Below, in pieces: positions 34,191-48,856 of a stretch of 64,000 nt of DNA; the stretch's first letter is position 1, and every line of letters starts with the position of its first letter. The notes under the pieces were generated by a model. It ran no database searches, was not told the origin of the DNA, and worked only from the letters and a program-made list of their open reading frames with translations. The stretch spans positions 4,238,510 through 4,302,509 of the forward strand of contig OZ316892.1 of assembly GCA_973895155.1 (NCBI GenBank). Direction: 5' to 3'. Source of the stretch: Marsupella aquatica (lineage: Eukaryota; Plantae; Marchantiophyta). The position numbers and the translations under genes were made by a program.

Positions 34191-35950
34191 TCATCTAACA
34201 ATGTTTAATGTGGTTCCCCAAATATTTTTCTTCAAATTTAGATCTTGTAGCAATTTGAGTTCCAGAGTACTATAGTAAGCTGCAATCGCACTACTGTAGG
34301 TTACAATGAGGAGGAACTATAGCGCAACATTCACTAGCTCTTTACAAACATGGCACATGCAAAAATTAACTTCAACTGGACTATCAGTTTTCCACCGACA
34401 TGGTGCATATCATTCCTTCAAACCCTAAATATACCTGTGTGAGCCTCAGCCTATGCCTACTCTTTTAGCATTAGGTTAGAGTAGTAGCTAATGGTTTCTA
34501 CCAAACTTGACACTGAAATGCTAATCGCTTAAACCTGGCTTACCCTAAATTTTGACACAAAAGATGTTCGGAATTTTTCTCTTACACTGGGTCTCTTGCC
34601 TTTGGGATCCTGTCTCCCCGTTTGACCCTTTTTGTTCTTTGGAAGTGTAATAAATCTAATTTGAGGGCCTCTTGAAAACCAAGTGCAACACTGGAGAGGA
34701 TATGGATGGGTTTGGTGGGAGCAAATCAGAAGGTTTGTTTGTCTTGAAATGTTCAAATCTTCAATCGCCAGTAACAGAATTAAATGGTTTTCTTAATAGT
34801 ATCCTCCAAACTGGATTGAATTGATACACCTAATTATGAGTATGAATTAGTATTTCTTCTTTTTACTTTCAACATTTTAATGAAAAAGTTGCGAAACCCC
34901 ACAGAAAGTGAATAGTCAATCACAATATTTGCACTCTAGATCTATGAGTCTCAACTCAAGTGAACTATCACTGAGCCATGCCTCTCTGGGCATAAATTAA
35001 TATTACTAACAGTGACAAGAGAATAGTGCTTTTTAACAATAATTCATGTGTCCTAAGGCCAGGAATGGTCATGCTTGGGACACCCACCTTCATTTCATGG
35101 TCAAACACAATTTATTTTTATTTGCATGATTTCGTTTTATTTAGGTACATTAATTCATGAGTGCACCTGACAATTTGCCTTCAATACAATTAGTGTGATT
35201 TTAGGGTTGTAAAACTAATTGCGGCAAAGTGTAGATAGTGTGCTCATCAAATTATATATCTCTGGCGGTAATTGCTGCACATCAAAAAGCAAAAGCACAC
35301 GGTGTAAGGATCTACGTAGCAAGTGCCCATAGGTTGAATGGACTTCACATATTACAGTAAACTGGGTTATTCTTTTTTATCACTGAATGTGGTTCCTTCT
35401 ACATATCTGGCTGTTCGTTTTTATTTGCAGTACAATAGCCCAAATTATACTGAGTTGGTATGGCCCAGTCTCCACTGAGTAGGTTTGTGTGCTTCCGTGG
35501 GCCTTATTGCCGTTTGATTCAGGTTGGTCTTTGGACAAAGATGCTATTATAAAGATTCTGATGTGACCAATCAGAGCAAACAGGTACACCTTTGTTTGAT
35601 TGTTTCCAAGATTAAAGTTTGTGCAACAGTCTTTTTGAATTCCAGTCCTCATCTCTGGAATTTCAAGAACCAATGACCTGAAGCCACGATTACATTGTAG
35701 AAATTGTTTTTTATTTGTAACACCCCACTTGCCAGATTTGTATTGAAAATCTGTTTGGTACCCATGATACACTTGTTAGAAAACTCTTTGCAGGGATTTT
35801 TTGGGAGGGGAGACCCCCAAACACTTCATGACGAATAGATGTCATGATATTCATGGTGTTTCTTTCGAAAGCACAATTTACTGACTAGAAAATTACAATA
35901 ATAGAACGAAACCAAACAACAGGTAGGTGCAAATCGAGGAAACCAAACAC

Positions 35951-36363
35951 CTTCGCCAACGCATTTCAGTCACCTCAGTCACCTTATAGCGTGCTCAAGC
36001 TCGGGCCGTCTATCGTCGATCTCTGACAGTGGGTGCTAGTGTGACTCCGCAGCGGCTAGCCCCCCTAGAGGACATTCCTGTCCCACTTGCCGATCTAGTT
36101 TCGACACTTGATGTAGACCACTAGCTTGTTTGCCACATTTGCTAGGAATGATGAGGACCTTGGTCCATTTGCGGTAGTTTTAGTTCCTCTTTCTTGGTTT
36201 TTAGAGGTTTCCTTTTGCTCACTTCTTTTAGTTCCTCTTTCTTGGTTTTTAGGGTTTCCTTTTGCTCACTTCTTTTGCGTTTGGTTTTGTCCACTTGGGA
36301 CCTCTCTTGTTTATTCTTTTGTACTCTATTTGGCCTTTTTCTGTAAAAAGTATGTGTATATTT
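35951..36363 (+). mobile_element. 5'-truncated copy of the CRE-type retroelement at 48857-51403, with 7-bp TSD CAAACAC
   Basis: Near-identical to 51001-51403. CAAACAC is present at 35944-35950 and 36364-36370. Confidence 0.9.
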
Positions 36364-36486
36364 CAAACACATCCTAGAGATGTTATTTTCCCAGCTTCTA
36401 AGAGATTTGGACATGTTTCCCCCTATCAGAATATGGCATTCATTTGCACGGTGAATTTGGGCGGGGTTTCCGCCCTCCCTTCACTA

Positions 36487-36990
36487 GGAAAAACACATCC
36501 TGGACAGGGAGGAGACAGTAGTTTTAAGGATGGGAAGAAAGAGCTGAGGCAATACATATATCACATTGCCTAAGCGCCAAACATTGGAGGGGGTAATAAA
36601 AGCCGGTCCATGTGTCATGAAACCGCCTTCCCAGATAGAATAAAAACTCATCTCACACAGGAAAACAATGAAGTCGCCAAACCTTTGAGATGGGAATAAA
36701 AGGCCGTCCAATGATTATAGTAAAATGTATGCCATTGAGGTAGGGGGAAAAACACATCTCACACGGGAAAAAGAATGAAAGTGCCAAACGTTTGAGAGGG
36801 CAATTAAAGGCAGTCCATGGGTCACACCAAGCTCCCTCTCCAATGGTAGTAGAAGAGAAAATTCGTTTCCCACAAAAAGAATGAAGCGCCAAACCTTTCA
36901 GAAGGTAAGGAGTCCAGTCCAGTCCAGTCCAGTGCCATAGCGACCTGCCTTTCCCGGTATAAAAAGAAAATCATCTCACACGGAAAAAAG
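36487..36990. repeat. Diverged ~110-125-bp tandem array, 4-5 units
   Basis: Recurrent aaaa(c/t)(a/t)catctcacacgg..aaagaatgaa..gccaaac..ttgag. Confidence 0.75.
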
Positions 36991-39902
36991 AATGATGTCA
37001 ATGATATCACTGTGAAGTTGGACACGGTGTGACCGATCCGGGCAGGGGCAGGGGCAGAGGGAAAAGAACGAGGTGACATTGGGGACTGAACAATATATTC
37101 CCTGCTGCATGTGAAACAGTTGAAAACGGGAGCCTGTCACGCCGGGAGGGAGGCAGACAGAATCTACAGTGCGGAAAACAGCGTCAGTGACGGGAAATCG
37201 AACGACAAGCAGATAAGCATCCTTTCTCTTCCCTTCTTCCTTCCCTTCCACCTTTCAACCTTTCAACGTTCCGCTGCCCGAGCGATTGCAGGAGTGCGGA
37301 CTGAGGACCGTGACGAGAAAATACTCCACAGCCGTGAAACGCGCAGAGGATAAGAAGAGCATCTGCAACGACCCTCCTCGTGCTGCTGCCGCTGTCGGCT
37401 AAAACCGAAGCGGCTCGTCGCAAACACATAATTTATCTTATTTCTGCCGCTCCTGCTACCCGCCCGCGTGCCTGCCCTCTGCCCGCTTCTCACAAATTTA
37501 TTTCAGCTCCTTGCCCCCCATCCCTGCAGCCAGCTCCCGCGAGAAAACCGAGGACGCTCTTGGTTCCCCCCTACACTCTCGGTACCTACTTTTGCCGACG
37601 AAATTAACGAAGTAATAATAAAGCAGATCAACACGACAATCATCCGTAAACTACAGTCGTGAAATCAAATCAAACCCCTTCTTTGAGCCCTCTAATACAC
37701 CAGAATCGAAATACGAGACAGAGAGACAACGGGCTGCCGGGCGGAAGGGGGAGGCTCAAACCAGACCGGGACCACTGGGGCAGCTGGGCAGGTCGGTCAC
37801 AACTGACCGTTTCGTCAGCGGTCAGTCAGTCTCTCTCCGCAGGGGAGAGAGGGAGCAAACAAGCAAGCCAGGGCGATTGGCCAGGACGACGGGCAGTCGA
37901 GCACCGCAGCCGCACAGCGGTACAAGACAGTCGGTCACTCGGTCAGGTCGGCGGAAACCCGTCTTCATCAATGACTGCCATGAGTCTCCTCTGACGCAAC
38001 ACGACTGGCCTACGGGCACAGCTACTGCCCAACTCATTCAATATTATTTTCGGATACGGTCCGGTGGACTACCCTCCTCCGCGGCTACATCTAGAGCATC
38101 ATGTCACTCCATATAAAGCCCCTGCGACAAAAAATTGGGTAGACAAGTGACCAAACATCCCTACTCGCCTCCAGTAGCTCTGTAGCTACCACTCTATTGC
38201 TACAGTCTCCGATAGTCTGTTGGCGTCGCAAGCAAGCACAGCAGTGAGCTGAGGGAACCTTTTGTATAGTTTACTCAAAGAAAAACCATTAAAGTAAGGC
38301 TTCATGGTACGTTTTTTATTGCACAATACAGCCCTCGTTGACCGTACTTTTGACCTTTTCTGGTGGAATAATGAGTTTAGCAGACGGGAAGCCACGAAAC
38401 CGTGTGCAATATCTGGGAGCCAATGACATTAAATAGTATTAATAATTTTCCGTTCTTGAGGACGCCGGATCGGGACCATCGAGGGAGAGATGGACGGGCG
38501 AGAATGCCCGCTTATTGATGCTTTTTATACTACTGCGCGGTATTAAATGGGTTCACTTTCAAATCTTTAAAAAGGTTGAAAACGGACCCGTACCACGGAG
38601 GGAGCAATCATTTTCACTCACGGGCATGCGCAAATGAATCATTTTCAGAGTGAGCTGGAGGCGTCGATGCGGGGAATCGGCGGCCCGGGGGGCATCTCCG
38701 CAGCGAGGATGCGTAGAGCCGTGCAGCTCGGCAGACCGCTCTCTGCCGCGAGACTCGGGGGGCCTATGCCCTATAGGCCTATAGTGACTGTCCTTCCCTG
38801 CTGCCCGCCTGCCTCCCCTCGATGGCCGCCACATCATCCATCGCTCCATCTGCCCGTCGGCGCTGCCGGGCCGCCCGGCCGCCCGCCTTCAGCCACGACA
38901 ATCCCGCCTCTCTCTCTACCGTATCTCTCTCAAGCTTTTTCTGCGCAAATTTCGCTCGCTCGCTTATGACTCATCGCTGTATCCAAATCTCGTACTAAAC
39001 AAGCACTGCTGCCAAAGCCTCTAGCAGTACTCTAGTAGTAGGACTCTCTCTAGCCTCTTCCCCTAGGGTAGAGCATGATTTTGGCTCTCCCCTGGGGCAC
39101 CTAACTCCTGCCCGCGGGCAGTCTAGGAAAGTTCTCGCTTCGCGCCTCGACTACCGCCCACCCACGTCTCCGCTCACCTCCGCTCGTTTTCTCTGCCTCT
39201 AACGAAAAGGGTAACAAGGCGCTGTAGAGTGCAGGCAACCCTCCTTAATTAATAAGTGCGGCACTATGCGAGCCACAGCTGGTTTTTGTAGGGGTTTCAT
39301 GAGTGGAATAAAAGGGGTACTCGATCACAAACACATCCCTACTTACTTTATATTACTTTATAGTAGTCTATAATAATAATTCACGACACTGTTCATGTCT
39401 TACTCTGTTGAGTGAACATAAGTCATAATTTGGATAATATAAAATTTCATTGTTCATGTGGTTCTCGGCTGAGTGAAGCCATAGGTCATAATTTCAGTTG
39501 TAACAATAAATTTTGATATTTAAACTTTGCTAGTGAATAGGAACACTCATGGGGAAGTCTGGGAAGGGCGTTTTCATGTGCATGGGCACGGGTATTGGAT
39601 CTAATTGAGAGTCTCAAACCTTCATACTTATGGATGGTGGCTTTTGGCCAGAAACAAATGAATATACCTTGTATCAATTTTGTTGGAGCTGGCCTTTTCT
39701 TTGAAGACTGCTTTTTGTTGGAGCCTCTACTTTGCATTATGGGAGGTCTCCATTCAAATAAAATGGCTTATTCAAGAATCACTGATGATCTCCTCTCTAC
39801 CAGCAACCCAGTTGAATTTGAAGCAAGGATTGGATGCAAGGCTTTGGAAGCAAATTCTTCAAATCCTCTTCCATGACTGACTTATGTGGCCACCTATACT
39901 TA

Positions 39903-42270
39903 AGTGGGAAAAACTATCTAGATTCCACCTCTCCATAAAGGCCTTCCCAAGTTTGGCAAAAATCAGCTAGGGTCTTCCATTCACCAGTTTCCCACCTAGT
40001 CACATATTCCATTCACCATGATCTTGTTGTATCATTTAAATCTTGGGAGATAAGTGGTAAAACTTATCTACAGTAGATTCCACCTCTCCATAAAGGCCTT
40101 GCCAAGTTTGGCAAAAATCAGCTAGGGTCTTCCATTCGCCAGTTTCCCACCTAGTCACATATTCCATTCATCATGATCTTGCTGCATCTTTAAATCTTGG
40201 GAGATCAAGTCCTCTAAAGCTGATTTGGGACTACAAGATAAAAGGAAAACCTGGCCATTATCCTAAAGCACTAGGGAGATCTAATGGTCAAATTAATCTG
40301 GAAAATGCTTAGCAATTCTCTTTAACATGAGGTGACATTGGGGACCTTAGCTGAAGAGTTCTATCTACCCATGGTCATTTAAATTTTTTTCAAGATAAAT
40401 AGAAAATTCATATGACTTACTGAAAATCTTTGATATATCAATCACAACTCATCAAAAGGTCATTTTCTTTTAACCCCTTTTCACCATTTTCCTTGTTTGT
40501 TTTAAGTGTTAGTTTTCTGTTTTTCATTGTTTTTACATTTCAGGGTTTTAGTTCGTTCTCTTTACCTTGCATCACAAACACAAATAGTCATGCGTGGTGT
40601 GTCTTGTCTAACTGACCATTCTTGTTTGTGACCAATATTGGGTGTCTCTAATCAAAGCATGAGCTCAATAAAATCCTCTAAACCTTCCTCCATGGCCAGC
40701 GTGATTATATGGCTAGAGCCTTTTTTGTGGCAAATAATTGCTAGATTCCACCTCTCTTGTCACTTTTAGCAAGAATTTGCTTCATCCTGTGCTCACTCCT
40801 ATCCATAGACTCCAATAGCTAGAATCAGGGCGTCATCCATAAATCTGGCGAGATCTAACAGTAAAACTTAAACGACAAAAATTGTATATGGAAAAGGAGA
40901 AAAGTTGGAATTTACCCTGCCATTTCCAGACTTTGATGCAAGGCAGGGAAGGAATGAAACTGTGAGCTTTAGAACTTCAATCTTCAAACCTTCTGTCAAC
41001 CCTGGCTTTAGTGGGTACCAGAGTTTTTCAATCCCCAAAATTTGCTAGATTCCACCTCTCTTTGCCACTTGTAGTAAAATTTTGCTAGCTTTATTTTTTT
41101 GTCTTCCATTATCCAGTTTCCCATCAATCCATAGACCCCAATAGCTCAAATCTGGCTGTCATTGTTAAATCTAGGGAGATCTAATGGTCGATGTGGATCT
41201 AGGAAATTTACATATGGGAAAAGAGTAAACTTTAAAATTCACACTGATTTTTTTGTCTTCCATTAGCCAGAGACCCCAATAATCAAAGTTTGACTGTTAT
41301 CATTGGCCGCAAATTAATCTAAAACAATAAGATCAATAAATCCCTAGCCTCTAAAGGACCATCCCACATGTGTACAGCGGTTAAAATACCTAAACATTCT
41401 CCTCCTAGCCCAACGTCTCGTTCATTGTGTATAGCAGAGTCGTGTGATCTTTATTGATAACCCTTTTGCTTTGGAGACCTTTGGTGCTCTTGGACCGGTT
41501 TCTGCTAGCTTGGGCCGTTTTTGTATAGAACAAAGGTTGTATCCCCCAGTCTTGGTCCTCACGGCCTTCTTTAGGCAGAGAGGTTCTATTGCTCTTCAAC
41601 AGGCCCAGGGTTTCACCATTCTTTGTAGGGCAGAGGCTGTAGATTGAGGGTGTGTTGGCAGATCCCTCTGCCTGACCCCCCTTGCAGTTTACTCAGGCTT
41701 CTCAGTTTTTTCCAAGTAAGGTTTTAGACTTCTCTTTTCTTTTGTTGGCTAGTTGTTCTTTGGCGTTTCTTTTCTGGCCTCTTGGGCTGGTTGGTCTTCT
41801 TTGTCCCTTTTGTGGTCATTCCCTTGTCCTTTCCCCCCATTATTGGGTTTTTCATCTTTAGAATCCTGTCTCCCCCGTTTGGCACTGTGATATATATGCA
41901 ATCAAAGCATGAGCTCAACCCAAATCCTTGGAACCTTCTTCCATGGCTGACTTATGTGGCTACTAGAGTTTGTTTTGTGGCAAGATGTGTTTGTTTTGAG
42001 GCAAGATTTAGTTAGAATGTCCCCTCGCCGAAATCGCTTGGCCACTTCATCATTTGTTTGTCTTCCATTAGCCATAGACCCCATTAATCTAAAACAATTA
42101 GATAAAGAAAACCCTTGAATCTAGAAGGCCGTCCCACATGTGGGACAGTGGTTAAAACACCTAAATCATGCTCCTACTGGCCCAACGTCTCGTTCAATGT
42201 GTATAGTGGAAGAGTCCTGTAATGAAAGCATGAGCTCGAGAAATCCTTGGAACCTTCTTCCATGGCTGGC
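39903..42270. repeat. Degenerate complex tandem array (150-bp duplication plus longer related units)
   Basis: Recurrent tagattccacctctc (~39919, 40073, 40742, 41046), aaagcatgagctc (~40654, 41903, 42225) and cccaacgtctcgttca (~41409, 42181). Confidence 0.75.
41447..41898 (+). mobile_element. 3' fragment of a second, diverged CRE/RLE-type non-LTR retroelement inserted in the array
   Basis: PFALETFGALG...LTAFFRQRGSIALQQAQGFTILCR aligns with PLALEIFG...LTTHFRQRISVTLQRAQARAVYRR of the 50431 ORF, followed by a T-rich 3' region. Confidence 0.75.
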
Positions 42271-45200
42271 TGGCTGATGTGGCGACCACCGAGATCACTG
42301 CCCAACTCGAGTCGACTGTAGTGCAGGTAGGAGTGACGTAAACGATACGGATGTCTCCCAATCCGATGTACAACGGAGTAGTAGTTGTTAATGATAGCGC
42401 TCATGATTAATTATTCCTCCTCCATCGACTGCCACTACTGGTTTCGCCACCCCCCGTGTTGGACTCTACTCCACTCTACTGTAGTGCAGAAGACCTCCGG
42501 CATACAGTAGGATTGTGGGATCTGGGCAAGAGACGTGACAGGCCTTGGGCCTTGGGAGTGATGATCAAGAGAGAGAGAGAGAGAGGGGCAGGGGGGGTCT
42601 TGGCCAGGGTAAATTAACGTGTTTCCTCCTTTTAAGGAAGCTGGCCAATAGGGCCTTTGCAAATTTCAACGCTTTGGGTGAGGGAGTATTTGCAGAGGCC
42701 CTATTGGCCAGCTAGCCTCTACAGTGAGTTGGGGTTGCTGTCACGGGTCAGGGCCTAGGACTGAGGTTAACCTATCAGGCCTTGGGAGTGATGAGAGACA
42801 CACTGAGAGGGCCTTCTAAAGAAGTTGGCCAATGGGGAGTCACAAAATCTCCCACAATTTCAATCCTTTGATGGGGTAAAGGTTTTCAAATCTATTTTTC
42901 ACTAGCCTCTTCAGTGACCTGGGGTTACTACGACTTAGAGGACCAGGGAATATGATCATTCTTAACAGCAAAAAGTTACAGACTGTGATTTGGTAAACCT
43001 TGAATTCTGCTGCAGTAACATTCAACTTAGTAATTCCAATATATCAAGTTTTGAGGTTTCTGACTCCCTAATATCAGTTTATGTGAAGGAGAAGATGTTA
43101 AGATGTGGTTAAACACTAAGTTTTAGTCCATACAATACTTCAAAAACGGAATTTCAAAACACAAGATTGATATTCTGGCCTTTCCTTTTTTCCTGAAATG
43201 AAAACAACTGTGCATTCAGACTGTTGAGAATTCCAGCAACTACATACACACAAGAAACCAGGAACAAGATCACACCAATGCCTTGAATACGTGGTTCACC
43301 TTAGTCAAGGCGAACCACATATTCAAGGCTACATCCATGAAAATGCAATAGTCTTAGTAAGCTTTGACAACCATAGTCACACCAAACCTCCAAGTACAAG
43401 CTCCAAGCTTGCTCCCTCACAAATGAGCATGAATCTCACCGAGGAGCTCTCCTTTGGCCCTCTATATGCTAGGGCACTCTAGTATTCTAATTCTCATTAA
43501 GTCCCTAATGTCAATTACACTAATAAAGGTTAACCCAACTCTTAAGAGTTAACCCTAACACAGACTTGGGATGAGGAGCTAACAAGAGACAAGGGTATCC
43601 TTCAGGGTGATGTTTGCCATTTGCTCAGGTAGCCAATGTCACCTTGTCTGAAGGAAAACCATGCTCACATCACCTTGTAAACACTATCTTTTCAGGCTAT
43701 CCATTGTTTGTAACTTGTGAAATGATAACACAAGAGTGATATTCTGGTCTTTTGTCATTTCCTGGAACCAAAATGTCTTAGGGATGTCTTGCATGTCTTT
43801 GGTCCTTTGCAAATCGGCCCTCAAATGAACTCGTGTCATGAGTTGAGGCAGCAAGAGGGCGGCAGTCCTGATGGCGTCTTTTGTGGAGAAACAAAGGCAA
43901 GGGCCGGAAAATCTCCGGCCCTTGAGGTCCCGAACCTTTAAAATGTAATAAAACAAAACATTTGATTTTAACTTTTTTCCGACATCTGTGGCTTGGTGAG
44001 GGCCACAGTTTTCAGGACTCTTGCACATGCAAGACAGTCCTTAATGTCTTTGCAGTTCAGGCGCAAAACCGACATGGCACTTACTAGAGTGGTTAAAGGT
44101 CTGACCTGCCCATCTATTATTGGGGGTTATGGTAAGGAGAGGCACTTGGCAGGATGGGACAGGCCTTTGGGCTTGGGAAAGATTAGGGCGAAGCTTTGCT
44201 CCGTCGAGTCTAGTCTCCCCTTAGTCCCCCAAACAACCTTTTGTCCAATCCTGGTGCTTGCAACGACTAAATAGACATGAAAATAAAACATTTTTGGGTG
44301 CATGTGAAAACCTGGAAAGAATTTTCTTGTATAAATTTTAAATTTCTGATGACGTAACACATGTGTAGAAACACTGGCTTTCAGTGAATACATTGTTTTA
44401 AAATATTTTAAGATGCAGAACTTGTGATTAATATTCTGGCCTTGTATTGCTTCCTAAAATGAAAATAACTACTGTTTTGCACAGGTCCTGCACCAACCGG
44501 GGTGGTACTCAGGTTGTGGCAATAGCTCGCCCATCCGTCAGGAATTTAGGGACAGGGCGAGACGGGAAGGACTCAACATGCCTTGGGACTTGGGACAGGG
44601 TTTGGGGCTGATGAGAGAGAAGGGTCTCTGCTCTCTAGGTTGGCTCTAAATTTAGACCAGCTTTGTTGGGTTGGGTCCCCCCAAACAGTGGTTGTTGGTA
44701 GTCGTGAGGTCAATGAAGGGAGATATGTTTTGGGAACTTGCAATGTCGAGATGATGGTCCCATTTAATAGAGACGCGTCCTCATCCTTCAAATCTATCTC
44801 AATGTGGGGCTTAGGATTTTTTTCCGTTTTTCTTTTCTGTTGGATTTAGTTGACCATTTCGGTTTTCCTTTGACCATCGCCCACGTGAACGAGTAGAACA
44901 AAGTTTTGTGAGGTGTCATTCGGAGATTGGGATTTGGCTAAAACAGGTTTGTGGGTTAGGTATCAGTTCGTCTTTTCACAAAAAACAAAAGAAACCTCTC
45001 ATCCTTCAAAACGCTCAATATTGGAGGGCACAATCCCAATGAGAGGCGGCCTTAAATTATTACAGCAAACTTGTTTAAGAGCTATGAGCAAAAGTTTGGA
45101 GAACAGGCACTGTTTCTCTTTTCGGTTCTGAAAAACATTTGGGCAAGGAACATCCAGCGAAATATGAATAGGTTAAATGGCAAACGAGCAAACTAAGAAT

Positions 45201-48200
45201 GGGGAGAAAATTGAGTCTGGAGTGTTTGTAACTATTTTCCTCTCGAGCCATTGTAAGGCAGGAGGTTTCGCTTAACAAAACACTGTCCTTCAAATCAAAC
45301 ATCTTATGTCATGAACAAATGTCGTATATCAGAGAAGCAGAATGATGCTCTGATGGGTGACAATGTTTTACTTGAGCACTCAATCGACTTGGCATATATT
45401 TTTTCATTTTGTGAAAGGAGTGTGCGGCTTCCCTTGGAAATAAGGTCTGTTGTAAATTCTGATATAGGCATGCAAGCAACTTGATTACCCTAGGTTTAAG
45501 GAGTACCATTAGATATGAGGACTCACCCTCTTAATTCCATGGATTTGGCCACTACGAGGTGAAATTAATTTTTTCTTTGTATTGAGTCACCACAGAGTTT
45601 CCCTAGTACAATGGGAACATTAGGTTTCGGGAAAGGATGCAATGGATCATCTTTTTGCACACTAACAATGTGAGGGTTTGTACAAAGGGAAATTGCTATC
45701 TGATTAGTTCGTGATTTTGTCAGAATGTTCTATGAGAGGGTGGTCCAAACATTATAGCTCTAGTAAGAGGTCTACGAGGTCTTTAATAGCTCAGGATATC
45801 TATGTTAGTATTTGTTGACAATGCACTGCACTTTCTTTTGAAAGCACTTTGTACTGAGAAGTAAAATGGAATGCCAAAGACAGAGCTGGGCCCAGAACGA
45901 AACTTTTTAATTATCATTTTCCATCCGACTTCTGGAATCTTATATATCAACTGTTTAGTGTCATATCTGTGGTATAATTTGTTGTGCAGCTGGTTTCCCT
46001 TTGTCTTCCCCCCCCCCCCCCCCTGCCCCTGCCATCTCTCTTGGCTTGGTTTTGCAGCAACAACAATAACAACAAAGGCATACTTAGAGCTTTCCTCGAA
46101 TTGGGTGTCTAAGCTAGCTAATAACTAAAAAGCAAAAGGTCGTGTCCAATCCGTTTTTTAGTTATTGGATCTATGTTTGAGAGAGAATATATAATTTTGA
46201 CTTTCTACTACTTTGTTGCGGGGTTCTCAAGATTGTCATTTAAGGTGGTGTGAATCTTATCTCTAGTGTGAAGGAAAATAATCCAGGATCGTTGGGCCTG
46301 AGTTTCATTTGACCATGAGTCTAGTACAGTACCTTATCAATAACCCATGATTTACAATAGTGAACAGCTATTTTCATTTCACTACCTTCCAGACCTCCAC
46401 GGGAGGCCGTTGGTTCTTTCTCCAGCAAATAATCTTTCCAAGTCTATTCTTCCAGTAGACAACGTTTATATTAGGCCAAATATTTGTGAAGCGCCTTTGG
46501 GACATTTCACCTCATATAAACTTTCTGATCCTGTAGTGTCTGAAATTTCAATTTCCAATCCATTCCTCTAAATGGCGTGCTTATTTTTACCGCTTTTGTG
46601 AGGTAACAAACCAGATTAAGACAATGGGAAACCAAAACAGGAGTGTTGTCAGACTGATGTTTAGTCATTGCTTACATTAACCAATCCCAGTAAGCTTCAG
46701 AGATACTCTTAGAATGTTACTCCATGCCAAGCAAACCCTGGTCCTATGGTGTTTTTAGCTGACCGGGAGATCCCAGACAAGTCACTGACGAGATTAGGGG
46801 CAACACCCAAGACATTCAAAGACGCTGATCCTGTCCCACTGGGGTTTTGGGGGCCGGCAGCCCGGGTGCACATGCGATAGGGGCAGCGCAGTGTCATATT
46901 CCACATCGTATTTTCTCCGCAGAATCCGTTCCTTTGCCGTCCTCCCCCCTTTTTTCCAAAAAAAGAAGAGGATCCGTTTATCACTCTATCGAAGTGACCG
47001 AGACCTGGGTCAGAATGGGAACGGGACACGCAGCGCATCCGAACAAAAGATTCATCGGCTTCCACTGCGCTACTCTTTCTTTTTTTCCCCCTTCCCCCAC
47101 TGATGGTAGGCGGCGCCATTACTCATTAACCGTCCAGTACGGCCCGGGTCTCGCTGCCCCTCTGTCGCGCTCCCTCGCACGCTCATCGCTAGGCTTGCCT
47201 TCAGCCTGCCCGCCCGCCTTCATGCCCGCCCGCCCGCCCGCTGGCGTCGCAGTACGATACGGCCCCCATGTCCGAGTGGACGCTGATCCTCTCCTACGTA
47301 TGCCCGGTACGGGACAACGTTCGTTCCCCGTAACGTACAGAACGCTGATATATACCTACTGTCCATAACTACACAGGGCAGCCCATAATTGCGTACCTCT
47401 GGAACGCCATCATTGCCGTCGATCTGCAAGGCGGCAAGATCAGCCCTCCTGCGCAAAAGTTTTCGAGTTCCCGATTATTGTATTCGTATGCCCGCGAAAC
47501 TTCTTGCCCATGACGTGCACGAACAAGATACGTACGTGGGGGACCCGCCGCGGGGGGGAGGTGGCTGGGACCTCGTTTGTACTCTTTACTGTGGCCGCCG
47601 CTGAGGTAACAAGGAAGAAGGATCATAATTACGGGAACCAAACCGATAAGATCAGCACGACAAAACTCCTCCAAACACGATTGTACATGCTTGCTGCTAA
47701 TGGAAGTAGCAAGAGGTCCGGTTTGCGGATTGATGGTAAATAAGTGGACTATTTATTACTGTCGACTGAGAACATCATTCAGGTGACAAAGATGGGGAAA
47801 GGACAAGGCGGACAGAACTGACAGGGCATGGGGCATTGCGATTGGTCCGACCCACGAGACGCCGACTTATTGGGGCAGGAGTGCAGTGCGTGGGAGGTGT
47901 CGGTAAATTTCACGTGAAGACCGCTACTTTGGAAAGGCAGCTAGCGGTAGATGTGGCTAGCCAACTAAAGATAGCTGTGCTCAATGCGCTGAATTGGAGA
48001 GATGATAGCAATCGAAGTTTTACTAATTTGGGACCTAAAGAAGCGACGCATCATTTTGGCGCAGGGGTAGCTCTGGTACCGGGCTTGTTGGGTACGATAC
48101 TACGATGGGTTTGGGCGAGGCTGACCGAGGGCACATCACGGGGGACGTGGCCGGGCCACCGGCGGCGCGAATACCAAGTGTTGACTTGACCCACCGGTTG

Positions 48201-48856
48201 GGCAGGGCGGTATTGGCGCATGTCGTTGCCCTTATTAGTAGATCGATGGAAGAATCTCGGCTAATTTGGAGGCGAACGGAGAAACGGCAGAGAGCGGAAC
48301 GTTCTTATCACGCAAGCGATTAGAAAGCTTTGTGGTGCGCTCTAGAGTGAAGTAGGGCTAGAGTGATAATATCTTCGAGCTTCGGTTTTGCGCTCGTCAT
48401 GGTATTTTCGAAAGCAATTTCTGGACTGTCTAATTGGAAGGCTCAATTTTGGTAATGGAGAGTTGGTTCCCAACAGATTCCCCTTTGTGACCTCCTGTGT
48501 AGTTGACTCTGGAGGATTGTAATTTTTGCCGTTGAGTAGGGCTTTCCTTCCTTTGCAGTTGGTGTGGGACTCTCTGGCTTCTTTGGCTTTTTTGGCTCTA
48601 AACCCAAGTGTTCACTTGACCCTTCCAGTCAGCAGAGAGGTGTTGGTGCAAATTGTTGCCCTTATTAAATGGATAAAGGAATGGGAGCTAGATTGGGATC
48701 AACCAAAGAAAGGGGTATTCAATCGTCACACAAGCAAATGTTTTGTTTGAAGTGACGTAATACGGTGATACAATCATGGAGCTTCAATGTTGCTCTTGTT
48801 ATGGTGTTTTTGAACCAATTTTTGGAGTGTTTAATTGGATTGCTCCATTTTGCGTG

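Noticed and set aside
43684-44274. Possible LINE ORF1 fragment on the minus strand
   Set aside because: No diagnostic motif could be confirmed by eye.
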